From contig NC_083282.1 in assembly GCF_963506605.1 (NCBI RefSeq), forward strand, positions 52,266,001-52,330,000: 64,000 bases of DNA. The letters run 5' to 3'. The stretch's first letter is position 1. Each line of letters begins with the position of its first letter. Below are positions 1 to 13,211 of this stretch, piece by piece. Source of the DNA: Zootoca vivipara (Eukaryota). The notes below the pieces were generated by a model that saw only the letters and a list, made by a program, of their open reading frames with translations, searched no databases and was not told the origin of the DNA. A program made the translations under genes and the position numbers.

Positions 1-300
1 TTGATATAACTGCACTGATATTGGCATAACCTGGATGAGCTGTGTTCCCGTTTGATACTTTGCAGATTCTGCTGGCTTAATTGCCTACTAGCTTAGAACA
101 ACCTTGTTCCCACTAAGAACACAAAACCGGCCTTTTTTTTTTTTACTGCCATGTAAACAAAAAAGTTTGCTTATAGTCAGAAAATATAATAGAGGAGAGG
201 TTTTCCCCTGATTTCGAGTACAGCTACTTACTGTGGCTGAGGTAGGAACAATGGGCAGAACTTAATATGAGAATCAAGAGCTGAGATTCCCAGTGCTTTG

Positions 301-884
301 AGACTTCGTGACCAGAGGGAAGAGTTGGCGGAAGAAGACTGGAAGAAATTAAAAGTTTATTTAAAAAATAAATGTAAGATTGGAAACAATTAATATAAGA
401 TCTGGAAGTATATGGAGGTTGTAGAGGAGGATTGGTCGAGAATTTACAGATATCAAAATTCTAATATGTGTTATAATTATATTGTTGAGTTAGCATTAGA
501 TATAAATGTCAAGGTAAAATTGATTGGTATGGTAAGGAAGTAATAAGAGATATTATTTGACAGTGAAGTTAAGCAGAGAAGAATATGTTTATATAACCTA
601 TAAATAAGATTGGAAACAAGATGTAGAAAGTACAAAAGAGGATATACATTGTAACGCGGTTGGCAAGTACTGGAGGAAGTCAACAATGTAAGAACATATG
701 ATAGATAATTAGAGTCTTTTTCTTTTTTTTCTTTTCTTTTTTTCCCTTTTTCATTGCTGTTGTTTTGGTTTTCTATATTCTTTTTTGTATGCTTGTATTC
801 ATTTTCAGGTTTGTGTTTTTTGTGTTTTTTCCTTTTTGTATTTTTAAGCTTATAAAATAAAAAAATATTTCATTAAAAAAAAGA
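301..884 (+). mobile_element. 5'-truncated L1-type LINE 3' end (ORF2 C-terminus, 3'UTR, A-rich tail)
   Basis: 18-bp TSD gagattcccagtgctttg at 283-300 and 885-902; RLRDQREELAEEDWKKLKVYLKNKCKIGNN*; T-rich 3'UTR, AATAAA and poly(A). Confidence 0.8.
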
Positions 885-1783
885 GAGATTCCCAGTGCTT
901 TGCAGACTTTGTAATAATCTGCAGCTTCCCACAAGGATCATTTAACATCTTTAATATATCTAAATATCTAACATCAGTTGCCCCTGCTGCTGTGTGGGAG
1001 CTCACCTCTTTTTCCAATTAGCCCTGCTGTGGGCGGATGGGGGGGCAGGTTTTCCTCCCAGTGTAGAAGCCCCAGGATCCTGCTCTACTGACACAGGGTG
1101 AGCCCCACATCTGACCAAACAAATGAGTTAATAGCAAACATGATGAGAATCATAATATGGGGAGGAAGTGTGCAAATAAAGCCCAGGCCAAAACAAACCT
1201 TCAGCCTCACTTTGGAGAGCCTGAGCTCGCCTTGATCCGACAGTATGTATGAGCCACACTGTTGTCATTCATTTATAAAAACAAGAGATATCAGTGCTCA
1301 GGTTTGCTTGGAAATCACACCCCAACATGTTCGCCTTTCCCCACTCCCCACATCCAGATGCACGGGCATGGTGACTGTGGGGAATAATTGTTTATTTTAC
1401 CGAGACAACTTAAATATCCTGCTATTCCAATGCACTTGCATTGTGCAGGGTGTCTTGCAGGAAATTAAAAACAATCCCATAAGAAATAAATTCCATAAGG
1501 AATAAAATCAACAGCATAAAAACAGAAACTAGCTTGGCAGATAAAAACAATTTTAAGCCAAGCATCATTCTACCAGATAAAAATCAAACTGCCAGAAAAG
1601 GAAAGTTTTAACCAGTCATTAAAAAACAATAAGAGGGGTGGGTGTCAACAAATCTCATGGGGTAAGGCGGATACGACCACTGAGAAGGCCTTTTTATTTT
1701 ACTTTTTGGTTCTGTCCACTTGTGCCTCAGCTATGGCTGGGACATGGAGAAGAACCTCTGCAACAGATCCAAGCCATTTAGGG

Positions 1784-1912
1784 CAGGCATAGGCAAACTC
1801 AGCCCTCCAGATGTTTTGAGACTACAATTCCCATCATCCCTGACCACTGGTCCTGTTGGCTAGGGATGATGTAGTCCCAAAACATCTGGAGGGTTGAGTT
1901 TGCCTATGCCTG
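1784..1912. mobile_element. hAT (Charlie/Buster-like) palindromic MITE, terminus variant caggcataggcaaact
   Basis: Long TIRs; 8-bp TSD atttaggg (1776-1783, 1913-1920). Confidence 0.9.
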
Positions 1913-2370
1913 ATTTAGGGTTTTAAAGGGAAGTAGGGTTGTTTTTATTGTTGTTCTGTGCTTCTTACTTGTCCAAGAGTTTCTTGTTCTTTATTGCATG
2001 TTCATTCTTATTCTCTTGCTACTCCATATACTGTACTTGAAATCATCTTCTGGAAGATTTGTGGGTCCGTCCCCCAACTCTGAATGTTCAAATCAGCCTT
2101 AAAAACATACCTCCCCCCATTGGTTTTTAAGATAGGTAATATAACTAACCATGTTTTATCCCCCTACAGACCCATGTGTGTGGGTTAACAGACAAATTAA
2201 TCAGCCTATTCCTTGTGTTTAAAAGCATGGGGCTGAGGAGAGTTTAAATCCCATCTTAAGCAGTTTGATTGAAAGCATAGAAAGAAATTAGTGGTTAGGC
2301 CGATCACCCCCTTTCATTAACCCGTTTATCAAAGAAACATACTACAGACTGCTGCAGAATAGGTGTAATA

Positions 2371-2506
2371 CAGGCATCCCCAAACTTCGGCCCTCCAGAT
2401 TTTTTGGACTACAATTCCCATCATCCCTGACCACTGGTCCTGTTAGCTAGGGATCATGGGAGTTGTAGGCCAAAACATCTGGAGGGCCGCAGTTTGGGGA
2501 TGCCTG
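2371..2506. mobile_element. hAT MITE, same family (terminus caggcatccccaaact)
   Basis: TIRs; TSD gtgtaata. Confidence 0.92.
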
Positions 2507-2651
2507 GTGTAATATGACCCCATGGGTCATATTGCCAACTGACACAAAGCACAGTGCACATTCTCAGAGGCACTATTTCCCCACCGTTCAGACTATGTTA
2601 TAAGAAAAACGGATAGTTAATCTCAGAAGATTCCAATGCATTATTTGATTT

Positions 2652-2888
2652 AGGGCTCATCTATGCCTCTGTTTGTCCGACCATTGCCCTCTGGGGAAAC
2701 CTGCTGTTTACCTTTGAATCAGATCAAACAGCAAATTGCTGTTTGTTCCAATTCAGTAGTAAAGAGTGTGATTTCCAAGGGAAAGCTATGTGTCAAATGC
2801 AAGACTGCCTAGAAAGCTTGGGACCAGTGGAAAACTGCTCGGACTCATGCTTTCTAGGCACGGGACAAGTGGAAGTGTGAGTGAGCCT
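2652..2888. mobile_element. Old palindromic MITE (gggctcatcca...tggatgagcc-type termini); relatives near 26945-27163 and 31975-32110
   Basis: Degenerate inverted arms; similar sequence recurs three times in the window. Confidence 0.55.
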
Positions 2889-4039
2889 GTATTCTAGTTG
2901 TAAAAGCAAAGCTGGTGAATATGCATTCTCCATTAAGAGAGATTGATTCATTTCTGTAGTTTATGACAAGACCTAGAGCAGTGCCCAGACAAGATGCTAG
3001 AGTGGCTGGGAGCTTGTTTCTTTTGAGCAAGAGGTACCAGCTTCACAGGTTTCAGTGCTGGAACCTGGTGCTAAAAGCAGATTGCTGTGCTGAGTTTAAG
3101 AACAACAGCAGCAAACTGTGTTTCCCTGTATACAATCTCCTGTCCACTTACTCCCTTTGTATTCTTTAGGCTTGCTATGCCAGGTATTGCTTTGACCCAC
3201 ACATAAGAGTGGGCTTTTGATATCTTGTAAGTTTGAAAGAGAAGAAAGGGGGAAAGGATAATTCTGGAACTATCTTCAAGTGGGAGAAATGGGCAGGGCA
3301 GATCTAATTCCAATTAGTGTATGTGGGGAAATTGCTAGTGAGCTTATTATGTGAGGATTATTCATGCATAAGCTTTCCATTAAACACAATCCAGTGGATG
3401 TGTCGTTCAACCCTAAACTCTACAGTTAAAACATCTGGAAGTAGCCATGGGTGGGGCAATTCTCCTGCTTTCCTTTCCCATTATATGGTGAGTCCAAGAA
3501 AAGAAAGGGAGGAACAAAGAGAGGCTGAATGGAAGAATAAATATTAAGTCAGATTCATGTTGAATATGGTTTTTGGCAGAAGCGACAATGGGAACAGTTG
3601 TCAGTGCACCTGTGGTATCTCTCTCCCCCCCCCCCAGGCTCCATATGACACCTGCTTTCCAGTTGAACACTTGAAGGAGGAAGAACAGAAATATTGAATT
3701 GGTTCTTTCTTGGGAGGACAAGTGAAAGATTCACTCTTAGTCTTTTTGCATCTTGTGTGAGGACTGAAGCAGCAACACCACACATTTCGTCCCACAGCGA
3801 AATGCATGAGTGTGTACATATCACTATGGGTTGTTTATGTTTCCTTGGACATCTTATGCTGCATTATTATGAACTAATCCAGTAATTTTGGTTATTATTT
3901 TAAAGATGCTTTTATGGTAATGGTTAACGTGATTTGTGTTAGCCTAGTTTGTTTTATGTGGGTTTAATGTTTTAACACACCTTTGGATCAATATGATGAT
4001 GGGTGGGTTTACAAATCAAAGGGAATCAATCGATCAATG

Positions 4040-4275
4040 TACAAATGGTTAAATGGCCACCGACTTGATAATGTCTTTAACATGGAATTTGGCAAATTCA
4101 TGGAGGATAAGGTTATCAATAACTACCGTATTAGCTGCAATAGCTGTTGGAGGCACAGTGCCTCTTTGCACTCAGGTCCTGTTTATGTGCTTCTTGTTTG
4201 GCATTATGAGAACAGGATGCTGGACTAAATGGGCCTTTAGTCTGATCTGGCAGGGCTACTCCTATGTTCTTAGGT
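4040..4275 (+). mobile_element. Old CR1-type LINE 3' fragment; related copy about 20890-21150
   Basis: atggccac...aaattcatggaggataagg...gagaacaggatgctggacta...ctatgttctta, typical of squamate CR1 3' ends. Confidence 0.55.
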
Positions 4276-4910
4276 TCTATGAGACAGAAAGATGATGGAG
4301 TACAGAGGAAGAATTGATTCCATCAGGCTTTCCTCTCTGACATGTCATTCCACACACCATTTTCATAGTCCGGTTCACTGTACATCAATAAAAACCAAGT
4401 TTTTAGTATAAATAGCAATCCAATCACTAAAGGGGCACAAAAGTGTACAACAGTAATGTTCAAGGCAATGTTTTAAATGCAGCTTTTAGAAAACTGGTAG
4501 CTTCAGACTATACTGCTACCTTTTCTCGTGACAAACCTGGGTCATTTCCTTCTGGTTTCTGCCTCCAGCAGAGCTGGTTTATTAACAGTTGATTTCAGGG
4601 AAGCTGAGTAAGAACATTGACATTTAAAAACCAAGATCATTAATTTACTTGGTCTTGGCAAGAACATCACTTGGGACTAGTACAGTAGGAATTAAGTGGC
4701 TGGGCTACACTTCTTCTAGATATTTCTCACATCCATACACACTTTTCTTACAGTCATCCAATCAAACTTGTAAATCCATCTTCTGCTTCGTCTAACTTAT
4801 CAGAGAGACATTAATTTCCTTAGCTTGAGGATCTCACCCTTCAAGCAGATGAGAGAAGAGAAATGTAACTGTGTTCTGTTTATGTTCTGAAAATGCAACA
4901 TGGCCTAGTG

Positions 4911-5046
4911 CAGGCATCCCCAAACTGCAGCCCTCCAGATGTTTTGGCTTACAACTCTCATGATCCCTAGCTAACAGGACCAGTGATCGGGGAAGATGGG
5001 AATTGCAGTCTAAAACATCTGGAGGGCCGAAGTTTGGGGATGCCTG
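4911..5046. mobile_element. hAT MITE, same family, opposite orientation
   Basis: TIRs; TSD gcctagtg. Confidence 0.92.
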
Positions 5047-5216
5047 GCCTAGTGGTAAAGATATCAGTGACACATTTGGGAATAAATATATATTTGGAAG
5101 TATGTAAACAATGTCTTCCAATAGCTTAGAAGAGCAACATTTAGCTCATAGAACTCAATGGGACTTACATCTGCATAGAACACAAGCTTCTTTTCTCCTG
5201 CTCTGAAGGGTAGTAC

Positions 5217-5470
5217 CTGAACCAGTGGATTCAAGTTACAAGAAAGGAGATTCCAACTAAACATCAGGAATAACTTTCTGACAGTAAGAGCTGTTTGACA
5301 GTGGAACGGATTTCCTCGGGAGTTGGGAAACTCTCCTTCCTTGGAGGTTTTAAAGCAGAGGTTGGCTGGCCATCTGTCATGAATGATTCAGTTGAGATTC
5401 CTCCATTGCAGGGGGTCAGACTAGATGACCCTCATGGTCCCTTTCCAACTCAACAATTCTATGATTCTAT
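5217..5470 (+). mobile_element. CR1 LINE 3' fragment
   Basis: Similar to 51410-51657; ends in caattctatgattctat (CR1 8-mer tail). Confidence 0.85.
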
Positions 5471-7251
5471 TAATTGCATAATAAAAGGTTGAATTATCAT
5501 GCTGTTGACTGAGAAGGGGAAAGGAAAGACTAATTTAAGGTCAGTAGCTGGGAGAAGCATGAGCTGTTTAAACCCTATTTGTGTTTAAAATAGGGAAGCA
5601 GAAAATGACTAAATAAGGGGCCTGAAGCTGAGAGAAATGAAAGCCACTTTAACACACTCCAGACAGGAGGACCTATACTGATTGAAAGGCGCAGTCCTAA
5701 GCACCCTTTCTAGGGGTATGTTCCATTGAACCAAATGGGATTCACTTTGGAGTAAATGTATTAGGCTCTTGCCCCCGGCTTGTATGTTACAAGATTGTTG
5801 CAGGGGAAAAAACCCTGTATTAAGCGTTGAGTGGAACCATTGTTTTAATTCGTCTTCCAGATGATTGTGGAGGAGCTTTGCCCTAGCTGTACTAAAGACC
5901 CTATTGTGGAAATATCTACAGAACAGGCTGCGTTCTGTATTTGGCCGCCTTCCTATTCTGTAATATGGGAAAGAAAAATGTGTAGGTCTGAGAAGGGTAT
6001 TACAGACTTGCCTCTTCCGAGACTTGTGGAAGTTTTTTTGGAACTTGGTTATTGCTAGAATAAATCCCATTATCATCCTTTTCTTTATCCCTAATAAGAT
6101 TCCGAGTGACCTTTTGAACCAGAACAGGAATTTGAGCTGTTCTCCAAATCTAAGATGGGAATCTTTAGTCTTTTGCCTGCCTGTGTTGCCTTTAATAAAA
6201 CAGGCATTAGGTCTGCCGTCTCACTTTAGCTACTGGTTTTAACCAGCATCTTGTCTTTCTTGGGTTGACTTCAGGGAAATTATGGTTTCTTTATCAGTAA
6301 GAGTTTTACAGACAGTTATTGGCATGCAAGGGACTTAATGTGCCTAAGATAAAAATCACATTATTGAGAAAACACAGGAGCACACATGATCACAAACACA
6401 CAGTCCTTTCTGCCTTGTTGAAGCCATCGGACTTGATCTGGCTATGGCTTAATCTAGCTGGAAATATATATAGCTCCTTTGCACAAATGCATATGCAGGA
6501 TGTATGTTTCTCTTGATCTTTTCTACCACAAACTGATTTTCCTTTATTTCCCTTAAGGTTGTCTCTATTGTATCCATGGACAGTTTTCTCCATTGAGCAC
6601 TGATACTGGGATGGGATGGGGCACGGTTCTTTTTAGAACAAAAGCTGCAAATTGTGTGATCAGGAGAATATTGTCTAGGTTAAATATGAGCAGTGGGAGG
6701 CCCTTTTATTACCCAGATCAATTTTTTTCCCATTAACCATTGAAACAGCTTTCTAGCTAGCCTCTATTGTCCTAATCGTTTGGACAGGTACAACAACCCT
6801 GTGAGGAAGGATTGCTCTTTCTTCAGATTTACAGATGGGACGGTTGCCTGAGGCCTCCCAGGAATTCATGGCACGGGTGGGACTTGAATGCTTCTTGTTG
6901 GCAATTTGTGAGCTCAGTGCACCCTCTCTTTGTTTACAGCTCATTTAATTGTAACAAGATGGGACTTGAAATCAGGCATCCAGGTCCAAGTCTGTCTGCT
7001 TAAACCAGTTGCCTCTGTGCTAATCTTGCCACTGCTCGGAGAATAGTTCAGAAAGGGAAGTCCTATTTGGGCTTTCCCCTCTATGCAGCAATTTGTCTGA
7101 AGGGGGAGAGCTGGCTGGCCTCACACCCACCACCATATCCTGCACCACGCTTACCTCTGCCATCCTATCACTGCAGGGAATATCTGTAAAAAGGGATCCT
7201 GCTGTATGCCTACCAGTAATTAGGAGCTGCTGTCCATTGTGGGCCTTAAGC

Positions 7252-7389
7252 CAGTGTTTCTCAACCAGTGTGCCTCCAGATGTTTTGGGACTACAACTCC
7301 CATCATTCCTGACCACTGGTCTTGCTAGCTAGGGATGATGGGAGTTGTAGTCCCAAAACATCTGGAGGCACACTGGTTGAGAAACACTG
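7252..7389. mobile_element. hAT MITE, terminus variant cagtgtttctcaacc
   Basis: About 55-bp perfect inverted arms; TSD ccttaagc. Confidence 0.92.
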
Positions 7390-7819
7390 CCTTAAGCAAC
7401 CATTGAGGAAGAAACAGGAGTCAAGCTCAGTAGGCACTATTGCTGCTGTGTAGGCAAAATCCCTGGCAGTCTGGGAGACCTTTATCTTCCTTCCTGATCA
7501 CAGAAGAGCCAATGGCCTTCTGTGGATTCTTTCCCCTGGCCTGAAGCTTGATGGCTCACCACAGAGGGTGGCAGCACACAAACCATGGGTCTCTGATTTT
7601 AGAGTTGGCAACTTCTGACGCAACCTCAGCTTGGATTATGAATCTTTCTTAGCCCCCCCAACTACTGATTACTTTGCTATGAGTTTATATGGACAGGTGA
7701 AAAGGATATTACTCATTCCCAGAATATTTGTCCATGCATAACTGCCACATTTTGTGGCGATTTCCCTTACTTTCTCAGTTGGTATGAATATATTTGGTTC
7801 TTTATGGATATTTTTGATG

Positions 7820-7987
7820 GTGGAATGGACTCTCTTGGGAGGTTGTGGACTCCCCTTCCTTGGAGGTTTTTAAGCAGAAGTTGGATGGTCGTCTGTCATG
7901 GATGCCTTAGTTGAGATTCCTGCTTTGCAGGGGGTTGAACTTGATGCTCTTGGGGTCCCTTCCAACTCTACAATTCTATGATTCTGT
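7820..7987 (+). mobile_element. CR1 LINE 3' fragment
   Basis: tccccttccttggaggtttttaagcag...ccaactctacaattctatgattct. Confidence 0.85.
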
Positions 7988-8582
7988 GTTCCAGAACCTG
8001 GAAGATCATGAGGCAAGACTCCAAAAAACACTGGTGCTATTTTAGAATATTATTATTTGACAAATCATTGAGGAGTTTCTTTTATTCTAAGCCATTTGCC
8101 ACATTTCCCCCCTCCAAGAATTCTGGACACTATAGTTTATTAAGGGTTGCTGGAAATTGTAATTCTGTGAGTGGTAAACTACAGTGCCCAGAATTCCTGG
8201 AGGCAAATAATATGCTCCAAATGTGCTTTGAAAGAACACTGTGTTGAACAATTTGGTTAAGCAGTCATTAAAATGTTCATGTTTTGGGATAGAATCTTAA
8301 TAGTTGGCAATGGTCTGCCAGACGCCATGCATGACAGTGCGTTTGACTTTTCTGTGCACATGAGCTAGTTTGTGTGTTTTAATTAGCTCCTTAGACATTT
8401 GTTCAGGTATCTGATCTGAAATTCCTTCTCTCTGCATGCTGTCATCGACCTGCTATTCTGACTTTACCGCAGTCCGCTCCATGGCCCCACTGCTGATGTC
8501 CGAAGGGCTCAACTTCCCACTTAACTGTTGGGCTTCAAACGCTCGAGTTCACAGGAGGTTTTCTTTGGCACTGGGCCTCTTG

Positions 8583-8585
<3 letters not shown>

Positions 8586-8647
<62 letters not shown>

Positions 8648-8655
8648 TGTGTGTG
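8586..8655. repeat. Compound (TC)n(TG)n microsatellite
   Basis: Directly visible. Confidence 0.97.
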
Positions 8656-9441
8656 TTGAGAAATGAGTTTGCTTGTATTTCTCTTCTGTACATTAGGTGA
8701 GGGATCCTGAGAGCAAGAAAATGCACCTTTCTCCTGCCCGAGGCACCAGCTTAGCACTCTACTTGGTCATCCATGATAACTTGAAGGAGAAGGTGTCTAT
8801 TTCTAGCCACCAGTATTTCAAAAGATCAGACGTAAAGTGGCAGGCAGATACTGGATAAGCTTTCACAATAGGTTGAACCACGGCCGTGATTAGATCTACA
8901 TGGAAACTCAGTTATTTTTGGTTATCCAAAAATTGAGCTGGAAACTCAGTTATTTTTGGTTCTCCAAAAAGCATTGGATTAGAGATTATTAGTCAAGAAG
9001 GAGACATTGGAGAAATGGCAGCTTACAGAAAATGGTAGTTTGTTGGACTGCAGGCAGCAGAAATGACAGCCAGGAAGAAGATGTACGGTACATTAGTCAC
9101 ACTTAATATTAGTAATATGTGAAGTTCTGGTCTTGAAAAGGACATAGGACAAGCAGGAAGTGGTGAGCAACAATAGTTACTGGGGGCAGGGGGGGATGTG
9201 AGACACACCATTAAAAAGTTTAAATAGTTAAGACATTACCTTAGATAAGAGATGAGTAAGAAGAAATGTGATTGAATGATATGAAGTTATAAGTAGCTTA
9301 GAAAATGTGGCCAGCAACTAGTTGTTAATGCTTTCATGTTACCCTGTTGCCAAATTCGTTCGCTGGATAGGTGGGTGTAGAGTAGACACAGCCAACCTGC
9401 TCAGAGGCTGCTCCTGAGGGATGATGCCATTCTGCCCTCTG

Positions 9442-9680
9442 GAGCCAGTGTGGTGTAGTGGTTAAAGAGCGGTAGACTCGTAATCTGGGGAACCGGGTTC
9501 GCGTCTCCGCTCCTCCACATGCAGCTGGGTGACCTTGGGTTGTCACACTTCTTTGAAGTCTTTCAGCCCCACCCACCTCACAGAGTGTTTGTTGTGGGGG
9601 AGGAGGGGAAAGGAGATTGTTAGCCGCTTTGAGACTCCTCAGGGTAGTGATAAAGCAGGATATCAAATCCAAACTCTTCT
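9442..9680 (+). mobile_element. tRNA-derived squamate SINE (Squam2/MIR-like)
   Basis: A box tggtgtagtgg, B-box-like ggttcgcgtct, core gggtgaccttggg, tail aaactcttct; TSD cctctgg(a). Confidence 0.8.
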
Positions 9681-9941
9681 CCTCTGGAATACCTTTGTCA
9701 GAAACAATCCAGATCCTTATAATATAGACATTGGAAGCAGACCTCCTAGTGCAAAAAAAAACCAAACCCCAGCAATACCCAACAGAAAGAAGCCTTTAGG
9801 GCGGCTCCCACTTACTCTCCGAAAGCAATGCCTGCTGGTTCAGAAGAGGTTAGTGCAAGTTGTCATTTTAATGTTGACTGAGAGCAACACCAGTGCTGGG
9901 AGGGTGGTTCTGTGGCTCTGCTCCACAACACCAGCCATTCT

Positions 9942-10250
9942 TTCTTTAAAAAAAAATATTATTGAATTTTCAATTTTACAAACATAACAAACATTTTACA
10001 TACCATTGAATATGCAGTGACCTCCCTCCCTCTCCTTCCTTGGTTACATTTTAATTATATTCTCTTCCTGCATATTTTACTAAAACCATTTTTGTCCTCC
10101 ATTTTTACATCCCTCAAACAATAATGACACTGTTGAATTTATCTTAATGCTGCCAGTGTTTTCAACTGTGTACAGTTACGATACTTTCCATATAGTCACT
10201 AAATATTTTCCACTCTCCTTGCACAGATCCCCTTTCCTTTGTTCCCTTTA
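9942..10250 (-). mobile_element. Degraded L1-type 3' end
   Basis: T-run/AT-rich tail and composition mirroring the 301-884 element in reverse. Confidence 0.5.
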
Positions 10251-11180
10251 ATGGCCCATCACCCAGGCAATCACCTCATCAGGAAACTGGCTTGGCTTAT
10301 ATTTTAACACTTGCTGGATCCAGCGGTTAGAAGGGTCTCAACATACAGGCTACTCCCCTCCCCCCACCCCAAACTTACAACACTATCTTTTAGCACCCTG
10401 GGCTCTGCCTGCCTAAAGTACTAGTGTAGGGAAGCACACAGCAGTATGTTTTAATCAGGCTAACAAGTCTTTAAAGCATTATGCCATGTTTACAGCTTTG
10501 TTTTATTAAATCAAAATAGACAAGTGGACAAGAGCTCACAAGAGTGGATTGGTTGTGTGAGGTTCCTTAAAATTAATGAGTTCTGAGCAGAGGCTTCTCT
10601 GCTCCAAATAACAAAACATCTGTTAAGTTCTGGGCCCTTAAAGAAGCCAGAAAGAATGGGAAAGCTGCTCTGCCCAAGATTTTGAAAGTCTTGTGTTGCT
10701 TAAGGTTCGTGCCTTCTCTCTCAGAAATAAACAACCCCTCCCCACAAAACCAACCCAACTTTTTTCTACTTTTCTTGTAAGTGAAGCCTGTGTCCTTCTA
10801 GGCAAAACTGCAGAAATGGTGGCTGTTTTTTTTTCTGGTGCTGTGCTGTGTCCTGAGTTGCTACCAAGCGATTTTTGGTAACCTTAACACCTTGGCCAGC
10901 ACAACAGCTGCAAAGGTGCACCAGACCTAAGAAAACAACACTTGTAAAAGTGTTATCCTTTCCACTGACCAATCAGGGAAGTCCAGGATGTGTTTGAAAA
11001 TAAGCCATAGAGCCAAAGAAGGGAATTGTGTGTCTGGCTTGGGCTGAGGTTAATTGCCAGAAGTGACACACACAGAGAGAATCTATTTGCACACAATGTA
11101 ACCTCAGTGAACTTCATTTTTTCCATGTCACCAAATAAAATGAAACCTGTGCATTTTCTTTGTGTGTGTGTGTGTGTGTG

Positions 11181-11807
11181 CATGGGCATACCCAGGATCA
11201 AAGCTAGGGGGGGGCACACCAGCCACACACCCAGCCACGCCCCCAGCCACCCGATTGGCTAGCTTGCAATGACATGGCCAGGATCACCCCCAGGAGGCAT
11301 GGTCAACGTCCACGCCCCCCAGAGGAAAGGGGGCCGTTTGCAAGGCAGCACACGGAGCCACCTGCGCTTGCACTCCTGCCTCGCCCGCTCCTTTAATGGC
11401 AGTGGTGACTAAAACAAGGCAGCAGCAGCTGCCTTCGTTGAATAAAACATGGACCTGGACCTGGGCTAACTTCAGCCCACACTCTTTCAAGTCACAGCGA
11501 GCACAGCACAGAAAGTGCTGCCCCACAATGCTCCACGGCACTTCACGGCATACATGCAAATGAAGTGCCGTGGAGCATTGTGGGGCAGCACTTTCTGTGC
11601 TGTGCTCGCTGTGACTTGAAAGAGTGTGGGCTGAAGTTAGCCCAGGTCCAGGTCCAGGTTTCCTTCAACGGAGGCAGCTTTGCTGCCGCTGCTGCCATTT
11701 CGCTTCAGCCAAGCAGGCTGAGGCGGAGCACAGCAGGCAGCGTCCCTGCCTGTCCTCTCCAGCTGCCCTGCTTCTAGGGGGAGCAGCTGCCCCATGCTGG
11801 GTACGCC

Positions 11808-11811
<4 letters not shown>
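11181..11811. mobile_element. Non-autonomous hAT-like DNA transposon with long internal inverted repeat, inserted in a (TG)n tract
   Basis: TIR catgggcataccca / tgggtacgcccatg; (TG)n on both sides (11161-11180, 11812-11853). Confidence 0.75.
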
Positions 11812-11856
<45 letters not shown>

Positions 11857-12836
11857 AAGGGACAAGAGGGAACGTTAGACATGGAACTTAGTTTTACAGC
11901 AGGCTGCAGTTGTGGTCTAATCCTGGCACAGAGAGGTGCAAGTCAAATGGGCCATAGGGAGGAGACAGGCTGGAGATTAGGTACTGAATCAGGCAAACAG
12001 AAGCCATGGTCCAGAGACATAATCACACGTGGCCTGGTGGCAACATACTGGAGCAGCCAGGTGGGGCAAAGCAAGGGAGTCTAATGTGCTGCTTGGTTCA
12101 ATGAGTTGCTCAATATGAGGAACTGGCTTCCATGGACAGGTTTTTATAAAGTCTGATGTGTCTCTGTTAGCTTGTGAGGTTAGCTGATTGGCTTCAGGCT
12201 ATGGAGGCAGCTGAAAGTACTTAGCCCAGTAATGCAGCCTAGGGGGTGCCCTTGCCCCACAGACCTTTGGCTGGCTGGCTGAACAAAACACTGAAATGCA
12301 ATGGGTAAACAATTACTCAGAAAATGAATTGCAGCAAGTAAACAATGGTGTCATGTGGATGAACAAAATAATGGCAGTTTTTTTGGGGGGACCGGGACCA
12401 CTCCCGAGTCTCCACATTGTTTTTGCCCATTGAAACAGTGTTCTGTACGGTGTTTATTAATGCTGGTCAGTCACTATGATCAACACCAGAATTTGTAGGG
12501 AAGAAGGGTTTATAATGCATGGTGTGTCTATTGATAGAGGATAGGGCACCCAGTATTACATGAAAGTGTGCCTAAGAGTGGCGCTTACTTTTGCCCATGG
12601 GAAAGGTAAATGAATGTACTCAGGAAGAACACTGGATTTGGGTTTTATCCCGGTTTCTTTGTCCCTGGTGGTCCCAACCACTAAAGATCAAGGCATCTTC
12701 TATCTCCATCATCTCCATCCTCTATTCTGTTATTTAACTGTGCTAGAATGTTGGGTCAGTTTAATGGAATATTGGAAACTGCTTTTTATAAAGTGATATG
12801 TTTATATACTTTGATGTCTTTCTGCTGTATAAATAG

Positions 12837-13211
<375 letters not shown>

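Noticed and set aside
1784-7389. Recurrent palindromic repeats as a CRISPR-like array
   Set aside because: Dispersed, each with its own 8-bp TSD, in a eukaryotic intron; these are MITEs.
9442-9520. tRNA gene (also 50060-50128 and Sauria SINE heads)
   Set aside because: tRNA-derived SINE heads with body, tail and TSD; no full cloverleaf.
11284-11777. Two ORFs on opposite strands sharing PWSIVGQHFLCCARCDLKECG
   Set aside because: A by-product of the DNA inverted repeat, not duplicated genes.
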